Both the position numbers and the translations under genes were made by a program. From the NCBI GenBank assembly GCA_951406725.2, contig OX597814.1, positions 45,012,001 to 45,076,000 on the forward strand: a stretch of DNA of 64,000 nucleotides, given 5' to 3'. Origin of the DNA: Octopus vulgaris (Eukaryota). Below are positions 1-11,010 of the stretch, in pieces (position 1 is the first letter of the stretch; each line of letters starts with the position of its first letter). The notes below the pieces were generated by a model that saw only the letters and a list, made by a program, of their open reading frames with translations, was not told the DNA's origin and searched no databases.

Positions 1-89
1 AACACAAGTATTTCTAATTAAGTATTTAATGTTCACTGCGTCAAATAAAATGACAGTGGATGGCGACGATGAATAGTTATACCAAGCTA

Positions 90-654
90 TTGGTTTGTCC
101 GGCAAGTTCGTGCTGATTTATAGTAGCTTACCTTTCGACTTATTTTAGAACATGGTTGAGTCCATAAAATAGGATTTGACTACACCTCCATTTAGATCAC
201 AGTTTAAGCTATCTTTTCGTGGAAGAAGGTTTATGTTCCTATAACCTGTGTTAATTCTGTAACCCTTTAAAATGGAAGATAAAAAGTTCATTTTCGACAC
301 TTGATGCTTTGGGGACGAGACAAAAATTGCTGCAGCTCGGCTGGGATGTGTTACCCCACCCTCTATATTCACCAGATATTGCTCCTTCAGATTTCTACAT
401 ATTCAGGTCTCTGCAGAATAGTCTTAATGGTAAAAAATTCAATTCCTTGGATGACTTAAAAAGATACCTTGATGAATTCTTTGCCATGAAACCACCTCAA
501 TTCTGGGAAGAGGGTATTTTCAAGTTAAAAGAAAGATGGAGATGCATTGTGCAACAAAATGGCTCATATTTGGTTGATTAAAAATGTAATGGCAAGTATT
601 TATTGACCATTTTCTTTCCTTAAAAAATCGGCACGAACTTTCCGGACAACCCAA
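90..654 (+). mobile_element. Internally deleted mariner transposon with TIRs and TA target duplication
   Basis: ~30-bp TIRs ttggtttgtccggcaagttcgtgctgattt (90-119) and aaatcggcacgaactttccggacaacccaa (625-654), flanked by TA. A short transposase 5' end (atggaagat...) is fused to a C-terminus with HPLYSPDIAPSDF and WEEGIFKLKERW (ORF 309-581). Confidence 0.93.
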
Positions 655-2765
655 TACTTTGTTTTTCTGAATATGTTTTTCCAGTTTACTCGTTCACGAT
701 GTTGCGCTTCTATTTTGGAATTTAATTTTCTCATTATCATTTCGTCTAGTGTGGTAAAATCAATGCTTTGCTAAGAAGCTCTAATAAGAAAGGGAGATAA
801 CCAGTCTTCCTACGTTCCTGCAGAACTAATTAAATTAGTATTAACCATTTTGATAGCGTTTCTTTTCCTTAGAGCATGATTATTTCTAATTCGTTGTTTA
901 ATACCGACTGCATGATATATACTAATATTGAACAACTTACATTTTAATATGTTTAGTCCAAGAAAAAGATTCTGCACCTATAAGCTTTGTACCATCCTCC
1001 AAGGTTTTGAAATTGATGAGGTTGGTGTTTGCTTTTAACATCTGAAAGCTCACGACAGTAATAAGAAGTATAATGGGAAAACGTTTCAAAAGGGTTGATG
1101 TGCTTGGTAACGAGTTTGCATAGTTGTCAGTTCAAAGCCTTGATGGACACAATATGGGAAACAAGGACGTGTTTGTCAATGTGCTCATAAAAGATTTGTG
1201 GTATACAGATAGCTAGATCTATGGTGCAGAAGTCACTGAAGTTCGGTAGAAAAAGAGGAAGAGCATTGTGTCTAATGGCTAGGAATCGAAATATATTGGT
1301 GACTCGTTTCCGGTAAGTCGGGTCGTTTCCTTTTCGATACAGTCCAATAAGTTCGCGTATGCAGTAGCAGTACCATATCAGGCGGAGACACAATAATGTA
1401 TATGGTATTGTCCGTCTCATTTGAGGTTTGTAGAACGTCAACAACTGTTAGGAGTTATTAGGAGCTGAAATATTTAGAAATAGTAGATTAATCATTGAAA
1501 TACATTATTGGCTGATATGAATGTGGATCGCCGGGAGCGATCATTATATCAAATATAAAATTAGGTATACTGAAGAGAGAATAGTCTCATAAAGAGTAGT
1601 TTTTGAGCGTCTTTATTGAGTGTTTTACAGATATTTCAAGATGCTGGACACAAGATAAAATTTAGCATATGAAATAATTCTAAAGTACATTTGTATTAGA
1701 AGTAAAATCTCAATATAACACCAATAACTGTATTTGAAGTAACATTTCATTATAACTCCAATAACTAATACATATGTGTATACGTGAGTCCATGTATATG
1801 TTTGTGGAATTAAAATTTCAGTACAATAAACGTATATTAGAAAATCTAACAAAGATTTTCGCCAAGGCGGTCTAAAGAGATGTAGATAAATGTTTCACTC
1901 TTCTCATGTACTAAAAACTTGAACTCTCATCATGCTTAGAGGAAGGAAATAATGTCTTCCTCTTGATGGTTCGTCAACAAAGTATATGAAGCACATAAAC
2001 ACAATCTACTTTTATGTTTCATATGTGTGTGCGGATGTGTGTGTGTGTGTATGTACATACATATATACTTTCATAAATACAAACATCTAAATATATGTTT
2101 GTATGTTTATGTATGTATGTATGTATGTATGTATGTATGTATGTATGTATGTATGTATGTATGTATGTATATATGTATGCATGTATGTATACATGCATTA
2201 TACACATAGGCACACATATACATCATCATCGTCATCATCCTCATCAGCTGTTGCTCACGTTCGAGAATTTCTGTAGGAAGAAATGCCAATGGCACTGATT
2301 TGGTTAAGAGGAATCAGAACTTACACAGGTGTGATTCACACAACATTCTCAGCACCACATTTTGTGTGAGACAGGTAATATCACTTGATGAAATTTGAAA
2401 GGAGTGTCACTAACGCAGTTGCAGTCTCGAGTGACGCCATCGTCGTAGCCAGACCGTTTAGCGTCACCCTCTTTCGCCAATTTGAACGTTATTTAAGTCA
2501 ACCATTTTTCTTACCTGCATCTGCTTCTTTCATCCTTTGGGTCTTGGAGTGGTTGCTTGTGTTAAGTCTAGATTCTCTTTGTCCTTACAACGACCATCAG
2601 CAGAACCAGACTCACAATGGAATTGCTCCCATGGTCATTGGACTCGACAAACAATCTACCTAGAGAAGAAACTAGCAACAGTGTTATGCATACATACGAG
2701 GGTGTACTGAAAAGTGCTTGGCTTTGGTCAAAAGAAAATACAGGAAGAAAAGTTAATCATGATTT

Positions 2766-3012
2766 CAGCGTGGAAGGTGTTTGTAAGCCATTTAAGAAAC
2801 ACACAAAAGCCGGTCGCACGGATTTTTGTCAGTGAACAGGTCGCGGTCTTAAAGCGACGAAAATATTTTGACAAATTAAACTTAAATATTGAAGTGAATC
2901 GAACGGCTTTTGTGTGTTTCTTAAATGGCTTACAAACACCTTCCACACTGCAATTGTTTTCGTTTCAGCACACGATCTCAGATCAAATCACTTGCTATGA
3001 AAGTACATCTCC
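2766..3012 (+). mobile_element. Short hammerhead-bearing retro-insertion (PLE pseudo-LTR-like) with a 5'-inverted arm and 13-bp TSD
   Basis: TSD ttaatcatgattt at 2753-2765 and 3013-3025. 47-bp inverted arms at 2766-2812 and 2904-2950 (1 mismatch). HHR fold at 2825-2875. Confidence 0.75.
2825..2875 (+). ncRNA. Type-I hammerhead ribozyme, variant core GUGAACA (G3:C8)
   Basis: Stem I TTTGTCA/TGACAAA; core GTGAACA plus G; stem II GTCGC/GCGAC; GAAA; palindromic stem III A-ATAT-T; N17=U. Confidence 0.65.
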
Positions 3013-3642
3013 TTAATCATGATTTTATTCAGCATATTCTCCTCACTGCTTTACGCACTTATTGCAACGGTCCTTCGGTTTTTCTAAGCCATGTAAAAGA
3101 ACTTAGAACGTGGGAACTCCAACCAGGTCTTTCGTGACCCCCTTAAAACCAGGAACTTTTAAGCATTTATGCACACATACATACAAAATTACCGATAGAC
3201 AGGCAGACAGGCATGCATACAAACTCATTTATGTTTACGATTCAAAGATACAGTCTTGTACATTTGAATTGCAATTCAAAGGCAACTCAAAGGTACAGTC
3301 TCACGCTGATTCTTCACTCTATCTTGCTTTATTCCTACACAATTTCCCCTACCCCTTGACCAAAAATATTTCCCCACCCTCTCCCTCCAAATTACCTTTT
3401 CTTCAAATACCAATAGACATACTAAATTCTGTGATTCAGCCAAAACAGTTCCATTGTTTAGTACAAGTCAAGTGACCTTGTTTAAATTCCTACTTCCTTT
3501 CTTTTTTTATCTTCTAATATTTATTTCTCTCTACATTTATATATACTGCTCTAATACTGTGCTCTCCACATATTCAGATTGAATCTTCCGTCCGTTAACA
3601 TGTACATCCACGCGACAATGTAACCTTTAGTTTAATCAAGAT

Positions 3643-3737
3643 ATCCCTGGCCTGAAGAGTAACCGGCAGTATACACCTCGCTTGGATTTTTAACACTTCT
3701 GAGGTTCCGCCCGCTGTGAAACATATGTATCCCGGAT
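3643..3737 (+). ncRNA. Degenerate hammerhead ribozyme motif
   Basis: CTGAAGA (3652-3658), imperfect long stem II with inner ACCTC/GAGGT, then GAAA-CATATG-TA (3718-3729). Lies just upstream of a (TG)n tract. Confidence 0.5.
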
Positions 3738-4194
3738 CTTTTCAACTCCATTTCGTAACTCTTGTGTGTGTGTGTGTGTGTGTGTATGTGTGTGTGTGTG
3801 TGTGTGTGTGTAATGCTGACGTTTCATTGATCTTCATCTTCTTGCCCTTTGGCATTATAATTAATGTTGTAATTAGTTTAAGGAGTAATAGTAGACTAAA
3901 TATAGCAGCTTTCAAATATTATCACACTCCAGTGTTGCGTAGCAAAGATTAAGAACAATTTAATTATGTAGTCAATTGTACTAAAGTAGTGAGGAGTAAT
4001 AATGTAACACTTGAAAACGGCGCAGTCATAGATTCTGGTCTCGGGATGGCATCTGTTTTCATATTTTAATATTCCATGTTAGAAAAATCTCATCTGTCAT
4101 TATTTCTCGGACTCTACGTCAACGAAAAATAAATTTAGTAATTTTACTTCGTGACTATCAGCGAATCGTCTGACAAGTTACAGCGAAGCTATAT

Positions 4195-4237
4195 GTCGAC
4201 TGATGAGACTACAATGGAAGACGAAACGCATCCGGAG
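4195..4237 (+). ncRNA. Degenerate hammerhead ribozyme motif
   Basis: CTGATGA (4200-4206), short imperfect stem II, GAAA-CGCA-TC. Stems I and III are mismatched. Confidence 0.4.
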
Positions 4238-5249
4238 TACTCACCCGAAAATATACTAGCCGATGGAAAAGATACATTTGTCATGAATTAATACTATTAC
4301 TGTTTCTACCAGATTTTTAATATATTTTAGCTTTTGAATTTTCTCGCCATCAAATGTTTCCATCAAGATAACTTTCCATATAAGCTCCTTTGTTACTTCC
4401 TCTATGGGAGTCTAGTCCTTCCGACAGGCAATACGTAGCGTTAGTATTAGTTTGCTGCAGATACTATCATTATAGGTTCTGCAACCGTTATGATTCTTGA
4501 TAGTTATCGTTCTTGAACAGTGTTTCGTGGTTATTACTGTTCTTGTAAAGATTTATGGTATATTTTGGTGGAATAGTTTCAGACACGCTGCAAATTGTTG
4601 TGTAATCCTATATAATGTAGTATACTAGTGGTTTAGAGCAATTTTGTTTGGTTTCTATCATTTGTAAGGGTGCAGGTATAAATGCCTGCAGAGATTAGTG
4701 CTTTCTATGATTAGTGCTTTCTCGTGTTTGCCAATACTTAAATTAAGAAGATTTGTTAAAAGGGAATTATTTAAGTATGTGTGAGTGACTGTTGGGAGTG
4801 TTGGTGTGCGTAAACATATATATGTGTACGTGTATGTATTCATACATAATTATATACAGAAACATGTCTGCATATATGTTTGTGTGTCATATAGTTTGCA
4901 GTATGGCCTACTGGTTATGGTACTTGCTTCGTAATCGCGTGGCACTTGTTTCCATCCTTTTTTGTGGTTTCTTGGACAAATATCCTTTATCATAGCCTGG
5001 CCTCCAGCCAAGGCTTGTAAGAAAAACTAAGTAGATGAAAACTGTTCCTCTTTCCTGTTTTTGCATGTATATATGGAATACTCAACCAGCTACATGCTTA
5101 TTCTATGAGTAGGTAATTCAGTCAATAGAACCACCGATTATACATCGGCGAAACCGACAGAGATCCATTTACTTAATTTGTGTTTGTATTTAGGTTTGCA
5201 TGCGTACGTGTGCGTGCGTGTGTGCGTGTGTGTGCGCGTGCGTGGGTGC

Positions 5250-5328
<79 letters not shown>

Positions 5329-7045
5329 TGCATGTGTTTGCTTGTATCTTTTATCTTTCAGTAATGTTTGCCGTTGCATACATCGGCAGGAAAATCTACA
5401 AATCAGGACCTTACTAACGAAATCCCTTGAAATAAATGTCCTGCATCAAACTGTCCATTATTGCCCTTACCATCAGAAGAGCAATGAACTAATGACTGTT
5501 CTCTTGGAAACTTGTATCGTTCACAAATAGCGAATAAAAATAAAATTTTAAAATGGGTTGTTGGCTTTTCCTTTCGAAGATGTTTGGTCTTTCCATTTAG
5601 AACTGTGGTGAAATAGAAACATCAAAGAATTGCTTCAGTAGTCGCTGCCTTGGGGAACTCATAATGGTAAAATCGGTTCAATCAGAGCCGTTCGATAACA
5701 TCAGTATTCGTTCCTGATAAGCTATATAAGCACCAGTTCCATATTTCATGAAAGTTACCTCAGTCAGGAACTTAGCCCAGCCAAAAGTCAAATTTTCCTT
5801 TAAATGTTCCTCAAATTTTCCTGTGCGTTAATTTCTGGAAGAATCTCTAACATTTACCGCTACGTTTTAATTTCTTTTCTCCAACTAATTAAGAACTTGG
5901 AGGAGGTGTATGTCATTTAACACATAACCCCACCTTAACTTTGTTACATAATGCCTTCCACATGAAAACATGTAGAATTGTAACAGTCAACTTAAATATT
6001 GATGCATATCTGTCTTCATTTAGTATAATACATTGATAATCGACATAAATATAAACTGAGAATAATGTTAATAGGAAGTTGTCTTCTACTGCTTTGTCAA
6101 AGACAAGTTAGAATATATCCACTAATACTCGAAATTTAAAACGTTCTTCAAATAACTAACTTCATGAAATCGAAAACATAGCAAAACTGTGATAAAATAT
6201 TATTCTTTTGTGTTGATAGTAATGTTGTTATCTTGCAACTCAATCTATAAACAAAGTTTTGGGGAAAAAAAACAACTTCACAACACAATGAACTTTATAC
6301 GCTTCAACAATGTGGATATCGCAGTGTGTGTCTGTGTGTATCTACGTGTGTATTATTGTTGAAGCGTATACGTTTATTGTGATGGAAAGTTTATAACCTC
6401 ACTATTATACAAATGTATATATATGTATATATATATATATATATTTATGTATATATATATGTCCATATATATATATGAATATATATACCCATGCATATAT
6501 GCATGTATTTACATATGTATGTTTCTCTGTGTGTGTGCCTACATACACACATACATTATTTGTATAAATATGACGAACGATCAAACGAAGAATTTACAAT
6601 TGTTAAACATTGTTTAATTTAATCTCTAAGAGAATCTTTTTTTAATAGTGGGGTTATAAACCTGAGGCATACCTAATTACACTTTGAAAGTCTAACATCA
6701 AAGCAATGGAAACAAACAATGTGCATGTTCTTAATAAAACAGAAAAGAGTGATAGCAACTTTATTAACCATGACAAGTAACATCAGCAATAACTGCAATA
6801 ATATCAGTGGAGCAAACTGCAGTCGCAATTACATCAGCAGCAACAATTCCAATGTGTATATATATGTTTCTCTGTTATATAGATTATAACTTTAAGATTG
6901 GAAGACTTTTATATGGACTTATTGGATATCTGATGCTCGTATGTATAATGCATACACACACACATATATATACAGACATAAATATGTGTGTGTGCGTGCG
7001 TGGTGTGTGTGTGTGTGTGTGTGTGCGTGTGTATGTGTGTGTGTT

Positions 7046-7088
<43 letters not shown>

Positions 7089-7379
7089 ATGCGTGTGTGT
7101 GTGTGTGTGTATGTGTGTGTGTGTGTGTGTATGTGTGTATGTGTGTGTGTGAACATATAATTTTATGCATTCGAGTGTTATATATTTGGTTATGGCAATA
7201 ACCGGTCAAAAACTCACCAATGATTTCCGTCAACTGTTGCACTGGACAAAATAGACTATTCATTAGACATTCTGGCCGGAAGTACATCCAATTTTTTTTT
7301 TTTGTTTTGTTTTTTTTTTTACTGATGGAAGTAAATATACAGTCTTAGTCACTTTGATAGTAAAAATAAAAGAAGAAAA

Positions 7380-8010
7380 TAGAGGAAAAATCCCTTACAC
7401 AGAGGGAGAGTTGCTTCCCTTTGTACGATTCCCACATTGGCTAAAATGGATCAGTTTGACGAGACCCTCGATTCTAACGTTTAAGACCTTAGATTTTCAT
7501 TTATAACATTTTCTGCAAATTAGTAGGATGTCATATATGCAGTTCTTGGTGTTTCTCAAATACTCGTAGTAGATGTATGGTGGAGTTTGACTTCACCTCT
7601 ACACTGGACTGTGCTTTAGAATGGATTTAGGTATTGTATTGTCAGTTGGGTAGCTCATTCATTTCCTCATGCAGTTCTTGTGTTTCTCAAATACTCGTAG
7701 TAGATGTATGGTGGAGTTTGACTTCACCTCTACACTGGACTGTGCTTTAGAATGGATTTAGGTATTGTATTGTCAGTTGGGTAGCTCATTCATTTCCTCA
7801 TGCAGTTCTTGTGTTTCTCAAATACTCGTAGTAGATGTATGGTAGAGTTTGACTTAACCTCTACACTGGACTGTGCTTTAGAATGGATTTAGGTATTGTA
7901 TTGTCAGTTGGGTAGCTCATTCATTTCCTCTGAATAAGTTGCTACACCGTGACAACTCGATTATCCACAATGTTATAACCACTTGACAATTCCTTTCTTG
8001 ACTAGGTGGT
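7380..8010 (-). mobile_element. Heavily decayed Penelope-like GIY-YIG remnant containing a tandem triplication
   Basis: Minus-strand fragments NIV...SCHGVATYSEE resemble the 'NIVY..C..C.ATYIGET' GIY-YIG motif. Weak similarity. Confidence 0.3.
7537..7930. repeat. Three tandem copies of a 131-132 bp unit
   Basis: Unit atgcagttctt(g)gtgtttctcaaatactcg...cattcatttcctc starts at 7537, 7669 and 7800, with only about 3 differences in total. Confidence 0.97.
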
Positions 8011-8584
8011 CGAGAGTTTCATGGTTTAATTAGAATCTAGTAGATATTAATGTCTTTTGATCTTTTGATATCATAACAACTAACACTAAATTTTACAGAA
8101 GTACATCAAGTATTTTTCAGATTCTGAAGTATGAGATAGTCAGTCAGGAAGTCATGCATATTTTCAATAACATTAGAGAGCATGATTGTGCTTTGCAATA
8201 CGAAATGTGACAAAAATATTAATGAGAAATACAATGTTTTCAATTTATAACTTTTCATTTTTGTAATATAAATCATGCAATACAAACATTCTAATAACAG
8301 TAGCAGAAGGTTATGAAAGTTTCTTATGAGAGTCTATTATTTGATACCTCTCTTGTATGATATACAGGTAAAGAAATTAAACACCAGATTATGACTGAAG
8401 ATCAACCCAAGACTAAGACTGACTCGTAATTTTTTATGAGTGTGCAACAGGACATATATGCTGTTCGAGTGTAGTGAAATATACGTCTTTGATCTGCTAA
8501 CTGCATGTAGATGTTCTTGACTCAACGAATTGGATTGACATTACGCAGATGTTTTCTCTTAATATTATCAATATTATTACATAG

Positions 8585-10050
8585 GGCGGCAAGCTGGCAG
8601 AAACGTTAGCACGCCGTGCGAAATGCTTAGCAATATTTCGTCTGCCGCTACGTTCTGAGTTCAAATTCCACCGAGGTCAACTTTGCCTTTCATCCTTTCG
8701 GGGTCGATTAAATAAGTATCATTTACCCACTGGAGTCGACATAATCGACTTAATCCGTTTGTCTGTCCTTGTTTGTCCTCTCTGTGTTTAGCCCCCTGTA
8801 GGTGGTAAAGAAATAGGTATTTCACCCGTTTTTACGTTCTGAGTTCAAATTCCGCCGAGGTCGACTTTGCATTTCATCCTTCCGGAGTCAATAAAATAAA
8901 TACCATTTGAGTACTGGGGTCGATGTAACCGACCTATCTCCTCCCAAAAATTGCTGGCCTTGTGCCAAAATTTGAAAGCGATATTATTATTATTATTACA
9001 TATGGTGGCGAACACACTGGGTAAAATATTTAGCGGTATTTCATCCGTCTTTACGTTCTGAGTTCAAAATTCGCCGAGGTCAACTTTGCCTTTCATTCTC
9101 ACGATACGCACCAGATGAGCACTGGGGTCGATTTAATTGACTAAGCCAATTCCGGGAACTTACTGGCCTTATGTCAAAGTTTGAGACCAATTTTGTTATT
9201 ATTACAAAGATGGCTAACCGGTAGAATCGTTCGTGGCGAGAAAACTTTCTTAGTGACATTTCTTCCGACTTTACGTTCTGAGTTCAAACACAGCCGGAGT
9301 CAACTTTGCTTCTCATATTTTCGGAATTTTGATAAGATAAATATCATTTGAACACTGGGATTGGTATAATCGACATAACCCCTCCTCGCAAAAATACTAG
9401 CTTTGTGCCAGAATTTGAAAGCAATATTTTAAAAAAGGGTTCGAGTGGGTAGGATCTTTAGCACGCTGGACTAATGCCTAGCGACATTTCCTCCGTCTCT
9501 ACAGTCTGAGTTCAAATACAGCTGGAGTCAAATTTACCTTTCATTTTTTCGGAATTGATGGAATAAGTATCATTTGAACACTGTGATCGATATAATCGAC
9601 TTAACCATTCCCCTCAAAATTACAAGTCTTGTACCAGAATTTGAATGTGAGCTTACAGAATCGTTAGCACGCTCGACTTAATGACTAGCGGTATTTCATC
9701 CATCCTGAGATCCAATTCCACCGAGGTCGTCATTGCCTTTCATCCTTTTGGGGTAGATAAAATATGTAATAGTTGAGCACTGATGTCAATGTATTCCCTC
9801 TCCCGAAATTGCTGACCTTGTGCCAAGATTTGAAATCAGTATTGTTGTTATTAAAAAGGCGGCGAGCTGGCAGAAACGTTAGCACGCCAGGCGAAATGCG
9901 TAGCCGTATTTCGTCTGCTGTTACGTTCTGAGTTCAAATTCCGCCGAGGTTCGGAGACGATAAAATATGTACCAGTTAAATACTAGGGTCGATGAAATTG
10001 ACATGCCCCTCCCCTAAAACTGCTGGCTTTGTGCCTAAATTTGAAACCAA

Positions 10051-10116
<66 letters not shown>
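8585..10116 (+). mobile_element. Head-to-tail cluster of ~7 tRNA-derived SINE units (family A, Meta-domain-like body) ending in (ATT)n
   Basis: Repeated ggcggcgagctggcagaaacgttagcacgcc...ttctgagttcaaattc (A/B-box-like) followed by gactttgcctttcatcctttcggggtcgat. Units start near 8585, 8817, 9003, 9208, 9437, 9648 and 9858. Confidence 0.9.
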
Positions 10117-10680
10117 ACATTTTCTTTTAACAAACTTCTATTTTAAAAAATATATTTCCTCCTGGAGCACAGACAAATCTAATACTTATAACACTTATAG
10201 ATTGATGATAAAAGAAGAAAATTGTCTTTCTTATATTGATTTGTACCTCTGATACAAATCTATAAGATATTGAAAGTGAAAGCGTGTAATCGCTTTGATA
10301 AACACTAGCACTTGAATGCTAGTTATTTTTACCACTCACAGAAATATTAAATCAGATTGGACTTGGGTTGGATTTTAATTTAGACTGTAAAAGATATCAA
10401 ATATAACACAGTATTTTGTCCCGGCGGTCTACTTATTCCGCCAGCCACAATTCTGATTTCTGTTTCTGATATTAGAAATTTTTTATTACGTAAGTTACAC
10501 AACATATATTAGAAATTATGAATTTAAAACTCTTTATTTCTCATTAGTATGTTTTGCTGCAAACATTTTCTATTGTAAGATAATGTCATGAAGCAGTACT
10601 GTTTCGGTGGTTAAAGACGATGGGTTCATTTGTCTTCTTCTCTGAAGTTAACTACACTGCTCTTGGAAAAGACATGAATT

Positions 10681-11010
10681 AAGAAGCTTGCTTCCTAACC
10701 ACATGGTTATAGGTTCAGTCGCACTGCGTGACACCTTGGGTAAATATCTTCCACTATAGTCTCGGGCCGACTAAATCCATGAGGGTGGATTTGGTAGACG
10801 GAAACTGAAAGAAGCCCGTCGTATACATGTGTGTGTGTGTATGTGTGTGCGTACGTATATGTGTTTGTCCCCCTGTCATGTTTATGTCCCTGTAACTTAG
10901 CGGTTCAACAAAAGAGAACTATAGGGTAAGTTTGTTTGACTAAAACCCTATAAGGCGTTACCCCAGTTTGTCCGCAGTCAAATGACTGAAACAAGTTAAA
11001 GAATAAAAAA
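10681..11010 (+). mobile_element. tRNA-derived SINE, family B (CORE-like ccttgggcaagtgtctt)
   Basis: Homologous to 17371-17812 and 38925-39357, with an internal (TG)n and the aatgactgaaacaag tail. Confidence 0.85.

Larger units (their letters stand above)
2697..3170. mobile_element. Mariner-type MITE (same family as 17998-18215, opposite orientation) interrupted by a 247-bp insertion
   Basis: Starts TA-cgagggtgtactgaaaagt and ends ...ccaggaacttttaagc. Body matches the reverse complement of 17998-18215. Confidence 0.75.

Noticed and set aside
1127-1444. 105-aa ORF as a gene
   Set aside because: Only a faint APE-like TIDLAIC motif; at most a LINE relic, too weak to call.
7537-7930. Regularly spaced repeats as a CRISPR-like array
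   Set aside because: Whole units are repeated with no unique spacers, the context is eukaryotic, and there are no cas genes.
8585-8670. tRNA genes at SINE heads
   Set aside because: A/B-box-like motifs continue into SINE bodies and no complete cloverleaf is evident.
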